Of a stretch of 64,000 bases of DNA, positions 18,667-26,621 are shown piece after piece. The DNA is taken from NCBI GenBank assembly GCA_963600825.1, contig CAVCCW010000001.1:4841-68840 (forward strand), given 5' to 3'. The translations under genes were made by a program, and so were the position numbers. Under the pieces are notes generated by a model. It was not told the DNA's origin, searched no databases, and saw only the letters and a list, made by a program, of their open reading frames with translations. Each line of letters opens with the position of its first letter. Position 1 is the first letter of the stretch. Origin of the DNA: Bacteroidaceae bacterium (GTDB taxonomy: Bacteria; Bacillota; Clostridia; Oscillospirales; Acutalibacteraceae).

Positions 18667-18685
18667 ACCTGCTTTGGAGGCTTTC

Positions 18686-19567
18686 ATGTTAGAACTGCTG
18701 TGGGAGGTTTTGAAAGAAACCACCCTTGATACCTTAAAAGTAATCCCGATTTTATTCATTGCTTATGGGGCAATGGAATTAATGGAACACAAGGCCGGGG
18801 AGCGGACCAAAGAGCTGGTAAAAAAATCCGGCCACTTCGGTCCGCTCTACGGCGCGGTGCTGGGGATTTTACCGCAATGCGGCTTTTCCGCCGGCGCATC
18901 CAGCCTGTACGCCGGCCGGGTCATTACGGTTGGAACCCTGATTGCCGTATATCTTTCTACCTCAGATGAAATGCTGCCGATTCTGCTGTCGGAAAATGTC
19001 CCGGCCGACACCATTGGCAAAATCCTGGGCCTGAAGGTGCTGTTTGCCGTTCTGGCCGGATTTGCCATTGACTTTGGCGTGCGCCTGTTTCGGAAACGCC
19101 GCCATGTACCACTGGAAGAAGAGCCGGACATCCATCACGTTTGCGAACATGATGCAGCACACAAAGAGGAAGATGGCATTTTAAAATCCACCGTCCTGCA
19201 CACCGTAAAGATTACCGGTTATTTATTTCTGATTTCTTTTGTCCTGGCGTTCCTGATGGATCTGATTGGGGAAGAGCGCCTAAGCAATCTGCTTGTTTCC
19301 GTTCCGGTGCTTTCTGAAATGATTGCCGGCTTAATCGGTTTAATACCAAACTGCGCCGCATCGGTTGTTATTACCCAGCTGTATGTGGAGGGCCTGATTG
19401 GAGCGGGCCCGATGATGTCCGGCCTGCTGGTTGGCGCCGGTATCGGCATTTTAGTATTGTTCAGGGAGCATGACAATCCGAAGAAAAACCTTGCCATTGT
19501 CGGTATTACTTATTTCTTTGGCGTTTTATTCGGCGTCCTGCTGGATCTATTAAACGTAACGCTGTAA
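18686..19567 (+). CDS. putative 10-TM metal transporter (ArsP_2 / putative manganese transporter family)
   Basis: Polytopic membrane protein with duplicated ILPQCGFS / LIPNCAAS half-motifs. Start set at the ATG behind a GGAGG RBS; the track ORF starts at 18626. Confidence 0.6.
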   Translation: MLELLWEVLKETTLDTLKVIPILFIAYGAMELMEHKAGERTKELVKKSGHFGPLYGAVLGILPQCGFSAGASSLYAGRVITVGTLIAVYLSTSDEMLPILLSENVPADTIGKILGLKVLFAVLAGFAIDFGVRLFRKRRHVPLEEEPDIHHVCEHDAAHKEEDGILKSTVLHTVKITGYLFLISFVLAFLMDLIGEERLSNLLVSVPVLSEMIAGLIGLIPNCAASVVITQLYVEGLIGAGPMMSGLLVGAGIGILVLFREHDNPKKNLAIVGITYFFGVLFGVLLDLLNVTL

Positions 19568-19584
19568 ACCAAAGGAGGGTCTCC

Positions 19585-19989
19585 ATGAAAACGGAATGGC
19601 CATCTTGTCTGAAGCACACCAAGCAACGGGAAGAAATTATGCAGCTGTTGCAGGACTCTGTGGAACCGCTTTCCGCGTCGGATCTGTTCGGGCGAGTCAG
19701 TGATATTAACCTGTCTACCATTTACCGCATTTTGGCAGCCTTTGAAGCCAATCATTTGGTAGAAACCATTGTTCTGCCGGATGAGGATACCACGCTTTAT
19801 AAGTGGTCTGCCGGGGAACATAAGCATTATGCTACCTGCTTAGGATGCCACAAGCAAATTGCATTAACCGGCTGTCCGGTGGCGGAACTAAAATTATTAG
19901 AGAGCACTCCGGAGTTTACCATAACGGCACATCGCCTGGAATTATTTGGATATTGCAAGGAATGTCTGCAGAAAAGCAGAAAAAAGTGA
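19585..19989 (+). CDS. Fur-family transcriptional regulator
   Basis: 134 aa with a winged-helix N-domain (..STIYRIL..), HxH region (EHKHY) and two CxxC pairs (CLGC, CKEC). Confidence 0.85.
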   Translation: MKTEWPSCLKHTKQREEIMQLLQDSVEPLSASDLFGRVSDINLSTIYRILAAFEANHLVETIVLPDEDTTLYKWSAGEHKHYATCLGCHKQIALTGCPVAELKLLESTPEFTITAHRLELFGYCKECLQKSRKK

Positions 19990-20034
19990 TACAATAATAA
20001 AGATTTTGAAATCACCTGAAAAGGAGAACAATAT

Positions 20035-21309
20035 ATGAAAACAGATACCAAAGTCATTCATTCCGGTTACACCCCGGGCAATGGAGACCCTCGGATGATT
20101 CCGATTATTCAGTCCACTACCTTCAAGTATGACACCAGTGCGGATATGGGAAAGCTGTTTGACCTGGAAGCAAGCGGTTATTTCTATACGCGCTTGCAGA
20201 ACCCGACCAATGACATGGTGGCAGCCAAGCTTGCCGACATGGAAGGCGGTACAGCAGCCATGCTGACTTCTTCCGGTCAGGCCGCCAACTTCTATGCAGT
20301 TTTCAATATTGCTAACTGTGGGGACCATGTTATTGCTTCTTCCTGCATTTACGGCGGTACCTTTAACTTGTTTGCCGTAACCATGCAGAAGATGGGTATT
20401 GAATTTACTTTTGTAGATCCGGATTGCACGGACGAAGAATTGGAAGCTGCATTCCGTCCAAACACCAAGGCGGTTTTCGGAGAATCCATTGCCAACCCGG
20501 CTTTGACAGTATTTGATATTGAACGCTTTGCCAAGGCTGCACATGCCCATGGTGTGCCACTGATTGTAGACAATACCTTCCCAACGCCAATCAATTGCAA
20601 TCCGATTCAATGGGGAGCGGATATTGTAACCCACTCTACTACAAAGTATCTGGACGGGCATGATGCCACCGTTGGCGGCGCCATCATTGATTCCGGCAAA
20701 TTTGACTGGATGGCTCATAAAGAAAAATTCCCGGGTCTTTGCACACCGGATGATAGTTATCATGGCATTACCTATGCTGAAAAGTTCGGCAAAGAAGGGG
20801 CCTTCATTACGAAGTGCACAGCCCAGTTAATGCGGGACTTCGGTTCCATTCAGGCACCCATGAATGCCTATCTGCTGAATCTTGGCATTGAATCCCTTGC
20901 TGTTCGCATGGATCGCCATGTCAAGAATGCACAGAAGGTTGCCGAGTTCCTGGAAGCAAATGATAAGGTTGCCTGGGTAGAATATCCTGGCTTAAAGTCC
21001 GACAAATATTATGACCTGGCGCAGAAATACATGCCGAACGGTACGTGTGGCGTAGTTTCCTTTGGCGTCAAGGGCGGTCGTTCCGCTGCCGAAGAATTTA
21101 TGAAGCATCTGCAGTTGGCCATCATTGCCACGCACGTGGCAGACGCCCATACCTGCGTGCTTCACCCGGCTTCTTCCACACATCGCCAGATGACGGACGA
21201 AGAACTTCTTGCTGCCGGCGTTAGCGCCGATCTGGTTCGTCTGTCTGTCGGCATTGAAAATGTAGACGACATTATTGCGGACCTGACCCAGGCCCTTGCC
21301 GCTGTTTAA
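20035..21309 (+). CDS. metY: O-acetylhomoserine sulfhydrylase / aminocarboxypropyltransferase (PLP-dependent)
   Basis: Cys/Met-metabolism PLP family. Lys motif HSTTKYLDGH. 424 aa. Confidence 0.85.
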   Translation: MKTDTKVIHSGYTPGNGDPRMIPIIQSTTFKYDTSADMGKLFDLEASGYFYTRLQNPTNDMVAAKLADMEGGTAAMLTSSGQAANFYAVFNIANCGDHVIASSCIYGGTFNLFAVTMQKMGIEFTFVDPDCTDEELEAAFRPNTKAVFGESIANPALTVFDIERFAKAAHAHGVPLIVDNTFPTPINCNPIQWGADIVTHSTTKYLDGHDATVGGAIIDSGKFDWMAHKEKFPGLCTPDDSYHGITYAEKFGKEGAFITKCTAQLMRDFGSIQAPMNAYLLNLGIESLAVRMDRHVKNAQKVAEFLEANDKVAWVEYPGLKSDKYYDLAQKYMPNGTCGVVSFGVKGGRSAAEEFMKHLQLAIIATHVADAHTCVLHPASSTHRQMTDEELLAAGVSADLVRLSVGIENVDDIIADLTQALAAV

Positions 21310-21351
21310 AAAATAAATAGCGCTTGTTTGTAAAGCGTTTTGCAAAAAGAA

Positions 21352-21379
21352 AGACCTTGGAGCTTTTGCTCCAAGGTCT
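21352..21379. terminator. bidirectional intrinsic terminator
   Basis: AGACCTTGGAGC-TTTT-GCTCCAAGGTCT between convergent genes, with T-rich flanks on both strands. Confidence 0.75.
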
Positions 21380-21403
21380 AAACTTTTGTCTTGTGTTCAG
21401 TGC

Positions 21404-22426
21404 TTATTCGCCCTTCATGTCAAGGAGCTTAACACCGCCGTCAACAACAGCTGCGGACAGCTTGATGGAGTCGGTAATAGCGGCTTCAATGTCATCCGGA
21501 GTGGCGCCGAGGTCTTTGTAAGAAGTTTCGGTGTCAAAGAAGATATCAATGTCCATGATGTACGGAAGCTGCATTGGGTCCATGCCGGATTCAATGCCAC
21601 GCTTCTTGTAATCAAGAACATACATTGGCATTGCCATAGCCATCATCCATGGTGGGATGGAAATAACCGGACGGTTGTTTCCCATGCCGCGAGCTTTGTA
21701 AACAATCTTCAGGAACTGCGGCCACTTCATGTTGTAGCAGGAGATCGGGTAAGCACGGCCGCCCTTGGTGTTGTAAGCAGCACCAACGCAAACTTCACCA
21801 ACCTGACGAACGGTCAGCATTGCGGTACCACCAGCCGGATAGAAGGTGCAAGGAAGCTTGTCCATCATCTTGAGCTGTTCAATCAGAATGGTCCAAACCG
21901 GCTTACGGCCCGGCTGTGTGCCAAAGATGTACGGCAGTTCCAGGATGGCAACGGAGAAGTTGTCATCGGCCAGGGAAAGAGCATACTTTTCCTGATCCAT
22001 TCTGGCGCGGAAGTACGGGTTTCTTTCTTCGGTCTTCATCTTCGGATAGTTCTTTGCAACAAAAGAGAAGTAAGAACCAAAGATAACAGAGTGCTTGTAG
22101 CCAAGTTCCTTAGCCATCGGCATAAGTCTCTTCAGCGGAGCAATGTTGTACTGATAATATCTGTCATAAACAGGTGCCGGGAATTCTGCACGTTCGTCTA
22201 CGCCGGCGGCATAAACAAGGCAGTCACAACCGGTCATCAATTCGCGAAGTTCGTCATCAGAGCACTTGTTAACGTCCTGGAAGATGATTTCCATTTCTTC
22301 CGGCAGCGGAGCGCCTTCTGGAAGAGGAGGAAGAGCCAGAGTCTTAACAGAGTCGCCTCTTTTGATGAACTGTTCAGCAGCAGAAGAGCCAAGAAGGCCG
22401 GTGCCGCCAATCATAAATACTTTCAT
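21404..22426 (-). CDS. NAD(P)-dependent epimerase/dehydratase-family (extended SDR) protein
   Basis: Rossmann motif MKVFMIGGTGLLGS at the N-terminus. AAAGGAG RBS. 340 aa. Confidence 0.75.
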   Translation of the reverse strand: MKVFMIGGTGLLGSSAAEQFIKRGDSVKTLALPPLPEGAPLPEEMEIIFQDVNKCSDDELRELMTGCDCLVYAAGVDERAEFPAPVYDRYYQYNIAPLKRLMPMAKELGYKHSVIFGSYFSFVAKNYPKMKTEERNPYFRARMDQEKYALSLADDNFSVAILELPYIFGTQPGRKPVWTILIEQLKMMDKLPCTFYPAGGTAMLTVRQVGEVCVGAAYNTKGGRAYPISCYNMKWPQFLKIVYKARGMGNNRPVISIPPWMMAMAMPMYVLDYKKRGIESGMDPMQLPYIMDIDIFFDTETSYKDLGATPDDIEAAITDSIKLSAAVVDGGVKLLDMKGE

Positions 22427-22590
22427 GTTACGATCTCCTTTAAAAGAATACTGTTTTTGTGATTGTCATAAAATATAACAATCTGCACAAATGATATTTT
22501 ACCCTTTTCATAGCATTTCTGTCAATTTTCCAGAGCTAGCTTTCACAAAAAATGTGCATGATTTTCGTTAGGCGATGTAGTGCTCTTTCA

Positions 22591-22619
22591 TTGAAAGGAA
22601 AAAACGAATATGCTAGAAT
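22591..22619 (+). promoter_or_regulatory. candidate sigma-A promoter for the EF-G paralog
   Basis: TTGAAA, 17-nt spacer, TAGAAT with an extended TGc. Confidence 0.5.
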
Positions 22620-22702
22620 GTACATGATATATCCGATTTTATCGGAAACTTTTGGTTAGAATTTACAGTATTAAAAATCCCAAGACCAAGGAGGAATCAA
22701 AC

Positions 22703-24769
22703 ATGAAAACCTATAGTTCAGCCAACATACGAAACATTGTGGTAGCGGGTCATGCCGGCAGAGGTAAGACCTCACTGTGCGAAGCCATGCTTTATGTAGC
22801 AGGGGCAACCGATCGTCTCGGAAAAATAGCCGACGGCAGCACAGTCATGGACTATGACCCGGAAGAAAAGAAAAGACTCGCCAGTTTGCAGAGCGCTGTA
22901 GCAAGCCTTGAATGGAATGACGTCAAAATTAACTTAATTGACACTCCTGGTCTTTTTGATTTCGCCGGCGGTCTTTCCGAAGGCGTGCGTGCAGCAGGCT
23001 GCATGATGATTGTAACGGATGCAGAAAAAGCCAAGTATGATGTTGGGGCCGAAAAGGCCTTTGCCGCAGCCGAAGACAGAAATCTGTCCAAGATTTTTGT
23101 CATTAATAAGACGGATGCGGAAAACGCCAATTTCGGCAATCTGTTTGAAGAGCTGAAAGCCATCCACGGCAACAAGCTTTGCCCGGTCGTAGTACCGTTT
23201 ATTGAAAACGACCGCATTAAGTGCCTGGTTAACTTTTCACAGAACAAAGCTTATGAATATCACGACGGCAAAGCCGTTGAAGTGGATATGCCGTCTTCCG
23301 AAAAGTTGGACGCCATGCGGGATATGTTCCTGGAAGCCGTTGCCACAACCGATGACGACTTAATGGAAAAGTATTTTAACGGAGAAGAGTTTACAGAAGT
23401 AGAAGCCCTGACCGGCCTGCTTGCCGGTGTTACCGAAGGCTCCGTTTATCCGGTTTACGCCTGCTCCGCAACCAAGCTGGAAGGCATAGATCTTTTGCTG
23501 AAGGGCATTGTTAACCTTGGACCATCTGCTTCTTCCAAGACCGGCGAACTTGCCGTAGATGAAGACGGAAATGAAGTCCAGGTTCCTTGTGATGACAAAG
23601 CGCCGCTTGCCGCCATTTGCTTTAAGACTATTGCAGACCCGTTCGTTGGCAAACTGTCTTATCTGAAAGTCATTTCCGGTAAGCTGACGGCAGAAAGTGC
23701 AGCCTATAACCCACGGACCGGAGAAATGGTAAAGATGGGCAAGCTGGTTGCGCCACAGGGCGGAAAACAGACCGATATTAAAGAAATCAGTGCCGGAGAT
23801 ATCGGCATTGTTACCAAGCTGGCCGGTGTTAAGACCGGAGACACCCTTTGCGATCCAAAGCACATCCTTACCCTGAAGGGCCTGTCGTTGCCGGTGCCTG
23901 TTTACACCAGAGCGGTTACTGCCAAGAAGAAGGGCGAAGAAGAAAAAATTGCCCAGGGCCTGTTGCGTCTGTCCGAAGAAGATCCAACCATTAAATTCTA
24001 TACAGATCCGGAAACCAAGGAACAAATCCTGGCCGGCCTTGGAGAACAACACGTTGATATTATTGTTGGCAAGCTGAAGAGCAAGTTTGGTGTAGAAATG
24101 AACCTGGCTGCGCCGAAGGTTGCTTACCGGGAAGCCATTCGCAAGAGTGTTTCCGTTCAGGGTAAGTACAAGAAGCAATCCGGTGGTCATGGTCAGTACG
24201 GAGACGTTTGGATTCGCTTTGAGCCATGTGATGCCGAAGGCCTGGAATTTGCAGAAGAAGTCTTTGGCGGATCTGTTCCACGGAACTTCTTCCCGGCAGT
24301 AGAAAAGGGTTTACAGGAATCTATCAAGCACGGTGTGCTTGCCGGATATCCAATGGTTGGCCTGAAAGCGGTTCTGTATGATGGCTCTTACCATCCGGTA
24401 GACTCGTCTGAAATGGCATTTAAGACCGCCGCTTCCTTTGCGTATAAGGAGGGTATTCCGAAGGCAGCACCGGTTATCCTGGAACCGATTGTTACTTTGA
24501 CGGTTGACGTTCCGGATGACAACATGGGTGACATCATGGGAGACATTACGAAGCGTCGTGGCCGTGTTCTTGGCATGGAGCCAATTGACGGTCGTCCCGG
24601 TATGCAGCGTTTGGTAGCAGAAGTTCCGGATGCGGAACTGTCCGACTTCTCAACCATGCTTCGCTCTACCACCAAGGGTCGTGGCTCCTTTACCAAGGAA
24701 TTTGCCCGGTATGAAGATGCTCCACAGAATGTGGCAGAAAAAATTATTGCAGAATCCAAAGCAGAATAA
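22703..24769 (+). CDS. elongation factor G paralog (translational GTPase family) with degenerate switch motifs
   Basis: 688 aa from the ATG behind an AGGAGG RBS. G1 GHAGRGKTS, G3 DTPGLFDF, G4 NKTD. EF-G domains II-V are recognisable. Confidence 0.85.
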   Translation: MKTYSSANIRNIVVAGHAGRGKTSLCEAMLYVAGATDRLGKIADGSTVMDYDPEEKKRLASLQSAVASLEWNDVKINLIDTPGLFDFAGGLSEGVRAAGCMMIVTDAEKAKYDVGAEKAFAAAEDRNLSKIFVINKTDAENANFGNLFEELKAIHGNKLCPVVVPFIENDRIKCLVNFSQNKAYEYHDGKAVEVDMPSSEKLDAMRDMFLEAVATTDDDLMEKYFNGEEFTEVEALTGLLAGVTEGSVYPVYACSATKLEGIDLLLKGIVNLGPSASSKTGELAVDEDGNEVQVPCDDKAPLAAICFKTIADPFVGKLSYLKVISGKLTAESAAYNPRTGEMVKMGKLVAPQGGKQTDIKEISAGDIGIVTKLAGVKTGDTLCDPKHILTLKGLSLPVPVYTRAVTAKKKGEEEKIAQGLLRLSEEDPTIKFYTDPETKEQILAGLGEQHVDIIVGKLKSKFGVEMNLAAPKVAYREAIRKSVSVQGKYKKQSGGHGQYGDVWIRFEPCDAEGLEFAEEVFGGSVPRNFFPAVEKGLQESIKHGVLAGYPMVGLKAVLYDGSYHPVDSSEMAFKTAASFAYKEGIPKAAPVILEPIVTLTVDVPDDNMGDIMGDITKRRGRVLGMEPIDGRPGMQRLVAEVPDAELSDFSTMLRSTTKGRGSFTKEFARYEDAPQNVAEKIIAESKAE

Positions 24770-24773
24770 AAGA

Positions 24774-24802
24774 AGGCCTCCGGCAAGTTGCCGGAGGCCT
24801 TT
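24774..24802. terminator. bidirectional intrinsic terminator
   Basis: AAGGCCTCCGGC-AAGTT-GCCGGAGGCCTT with T-runs on both strands. Confidence 0.8.
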
Positions 24803-24812
24803 CAATTTTTGT

Positions 24813-25577
24813 TTAGTCTGCTTTTAAAATGGCTAAGTTCTTTGCAGATTGTTCTACGTTATGGGAATAAACGTGGGAAAGGTCAATCATGTCATACACC
24901 GTGATAGGGTGTCCGCGTTTGGACCACCGCGCAAAGCACATTAAATATAAGAACTTTAAACTGCGAAGGGTTAAGAGGCGTTCAATGGCTAAATCGCCAT
25001 CCTGATACGCATCCAGGGTATAACGGAAGAAAAAGTAGGCGCCAAGGCGGCGGAACCACTGGTTAATCTGATCCCCCTGCTGCTCCTTGAAGAGCACTTG
25101 GGCGGAGTAGTAGTCCGGGCGACGAAGCAACAGCTTTACGGCGTGCACGGCTTTGGCCCAGTCTTCGCTTAACACTTCCATAGAGTCCATGCGGTCCCGC
25201 AATTGAAGATTGGTTTCGTCCAAGGCAAACAAGTCTTCCAATGGGCTTTGTGGGTCTAACGCGGTGGAAACCAGTTGGTCACGAATGTCCCGCAGGTCAT
25301 CCAATTTGGCGTCTCCGGTGCTTAGGTCCGTGTCTCCGGTTACTTGGAAAGAGGCGTCTGGTCCGAAAAACAGATGGCCGACTTCCATGCAGGAAAGACT
25401 GAGGTCCATTTGCTCATAGTTGCCAATGGTTAGAACAGATTGTGGGAAACTGGTTACCAGGTGGGTCATGCCTTCATTTATGCCGGCGTCGTTTCCGGGA
25501 CAGTGATATTCCAGGCAGTTTTCTCCGGCACAGGTAAATTGTTCGGCGTATTGTGGATACTCTCTCATTCTTCTCAC
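24813..25577 (-). CDS. FliB-family (CxxCxxCC-domain) paralog, truncated and Cys-depleted
   Basis: 254 aa. Shares the N-terminal EYPxY..F.C.G..C, the Y.Q.DLSLSC core and the C-terminal FRY..LYLM.F..W..VE motifs with the upstream paralog. Lacks the second Cys cluster. Confidence 0.55.
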   Translation of the reverse strand: MRRMREYPQYAEQFTCAGENCLEYHCPGNDAGINEGMTHLVTSFPQSVLTIGNYEQMDLSLSCMEVGHLFFGPDASFQVTGDTDLSTGDAKLDDLRDIRDQLVSTALDPQSPLEDLFALDETNLQLRDRMDSMEVLSEDWAKAVHAVKLLLRRPDYYSAQVLFKEQQGDQINQWFRRLGAYFFFRYTLDAYQDGDLAIERLLTLRSLKFLYLMCFARWSKRGHPITVYDMIDLSHVYSHNVEQSAKNLAILKAD

Positions 25578-25601
25578 CGTACTTTTTTGGATTTTTGATG
25601 A

Positions 25602-26621
25602 TTAATTTTTGAAGGCGGCAATATTCTTGTCGTCATGCTCTACCTCTTTGGAATAGGTGTGGCAGAATTCCATGAAGTCCTGATTGGTCAGGTGGTATTC
25701 CGCTACCGGACCGGTTTGGCCGGCTTTTTGTTCTCCGGCCCACCAGTGGGAAAAGGCCATAAGATATAACAGGCGCATGCTGCGACGCATCATTTTCAGA
25801 CCGCAGACCGGGCTGTCATCATAATAGGAATCCGGGAAATACCGGAAAGCCAGATACATACTGATCTTTTCAAAGTTCCGCTCCAGAATTTCCTGATTGC
25901 GCCAAAGGAAAAGGGCTTCCAGGTTTTCATTGATATGCGGAAGAAGTTCTTTCATCTGCTTCATTTCCGCGGCCCAACGCGGATCCCATGGGTCTTCGTC
26001 TTTCAATAGCTTTAAAAGGGCTTCATTGCTTTCTTTCGGCAGGCGTTTGCCGATTAAAACATATTCCTCTACCTGCGCAATACGCTTTGGCAAGGGAAGA
26101 TCCGTTTTTCCGAGAATGGCCAGAGCTTTATCCCGTACTTCCAGACAGGTAGTAAAGTCTATGTCATCCAAATAGGATTCTGTCAGGTAGGCGGGATTTT
26201 CCTTCTCCTGCCGAATGACAGAAAAACGGAAGTCGTCCCGGAAGAACAGCCGACTGGCTTCCGGGCAGGAAAGACTTAAGTCATACTGCCGATAATCAGC
26301 TACTTCTACCACAAAACGCGGATGTTCGGCGCAGGTGCGGCAAAGACGGTTTTCTCCTAAATGCAGAATGATATCACACAGGTTTTGCTCATTTAAAAAC
26401 GGGCAGCGCCCCTTTTCTGTCAAGGGAAAAACGGCGTCTCCGTCCGGGGTTTCCGCAATATGGGAACGGATGACGTCCCCAAACGGAGCGGGTGCAATTT
26501 CCTGATAGTAGGTTAGGGCGTCTTCGTCTAAATCTACTTCCCAACCGGCACAGCAGGTTTCGGGACAATCTCCGGCGATACAGTGAAACTCCGGATAATA
26601 ATTAGGGTATTCAATGACCAT
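25602..26621 (-). CDS. FliB-family Cys-rich protein (flagellin lysine-N-methylase-like, 8-Cys metal-binding domain)
   Basis: 339 aa. FHCIAGDCPETCCAGW plus GRCPFL..NLC..RLCRTC gives eight conserved Cys. 11-nt overlap with pepD. Confidence 0.6.
   Translation of the reverse strand: MVIEYPNYYPEFHCIAGDCPETCCAGWEVDLDEDALTYYQEIAPAPFGDVIRSHIAETPDGDAVFPLTEKGRCPFLNEQNLCDIILHLGENRLCRTCAEHPRFVVEVADYRQYDLSLSCPEASRLFFRDDFRFSVIRQEKENPAYLTESYLDDIDFTTCLEVRDKALAILGKTDLPLPKRIAQVEEYVLIGKRLPKESNEALLKLLKDEDPWDPRWAAEMKQMKELLPHINENLEALFLWRNQEILERNFEKISMYLAFRYFPDSYYDDSPVCGLKMMRRSMRLLYLMAFSHWWAGEQKAGQTGPVAEYHLTNQDFMEFCHTYSKEVEHDDKNIAAFKN

Noticed and set aside
21386-22462. 358-aa plus-strand ORF covering the SDR/epimerase gene.
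   Set aside because: The minus-strand frame gives a Rossmann GGTGLLGS N-terminus and a proper RBS. The plus-strand frame starts inside the terminator hairpin region and has no recognisable motif. It is an antisense shadow ORF.
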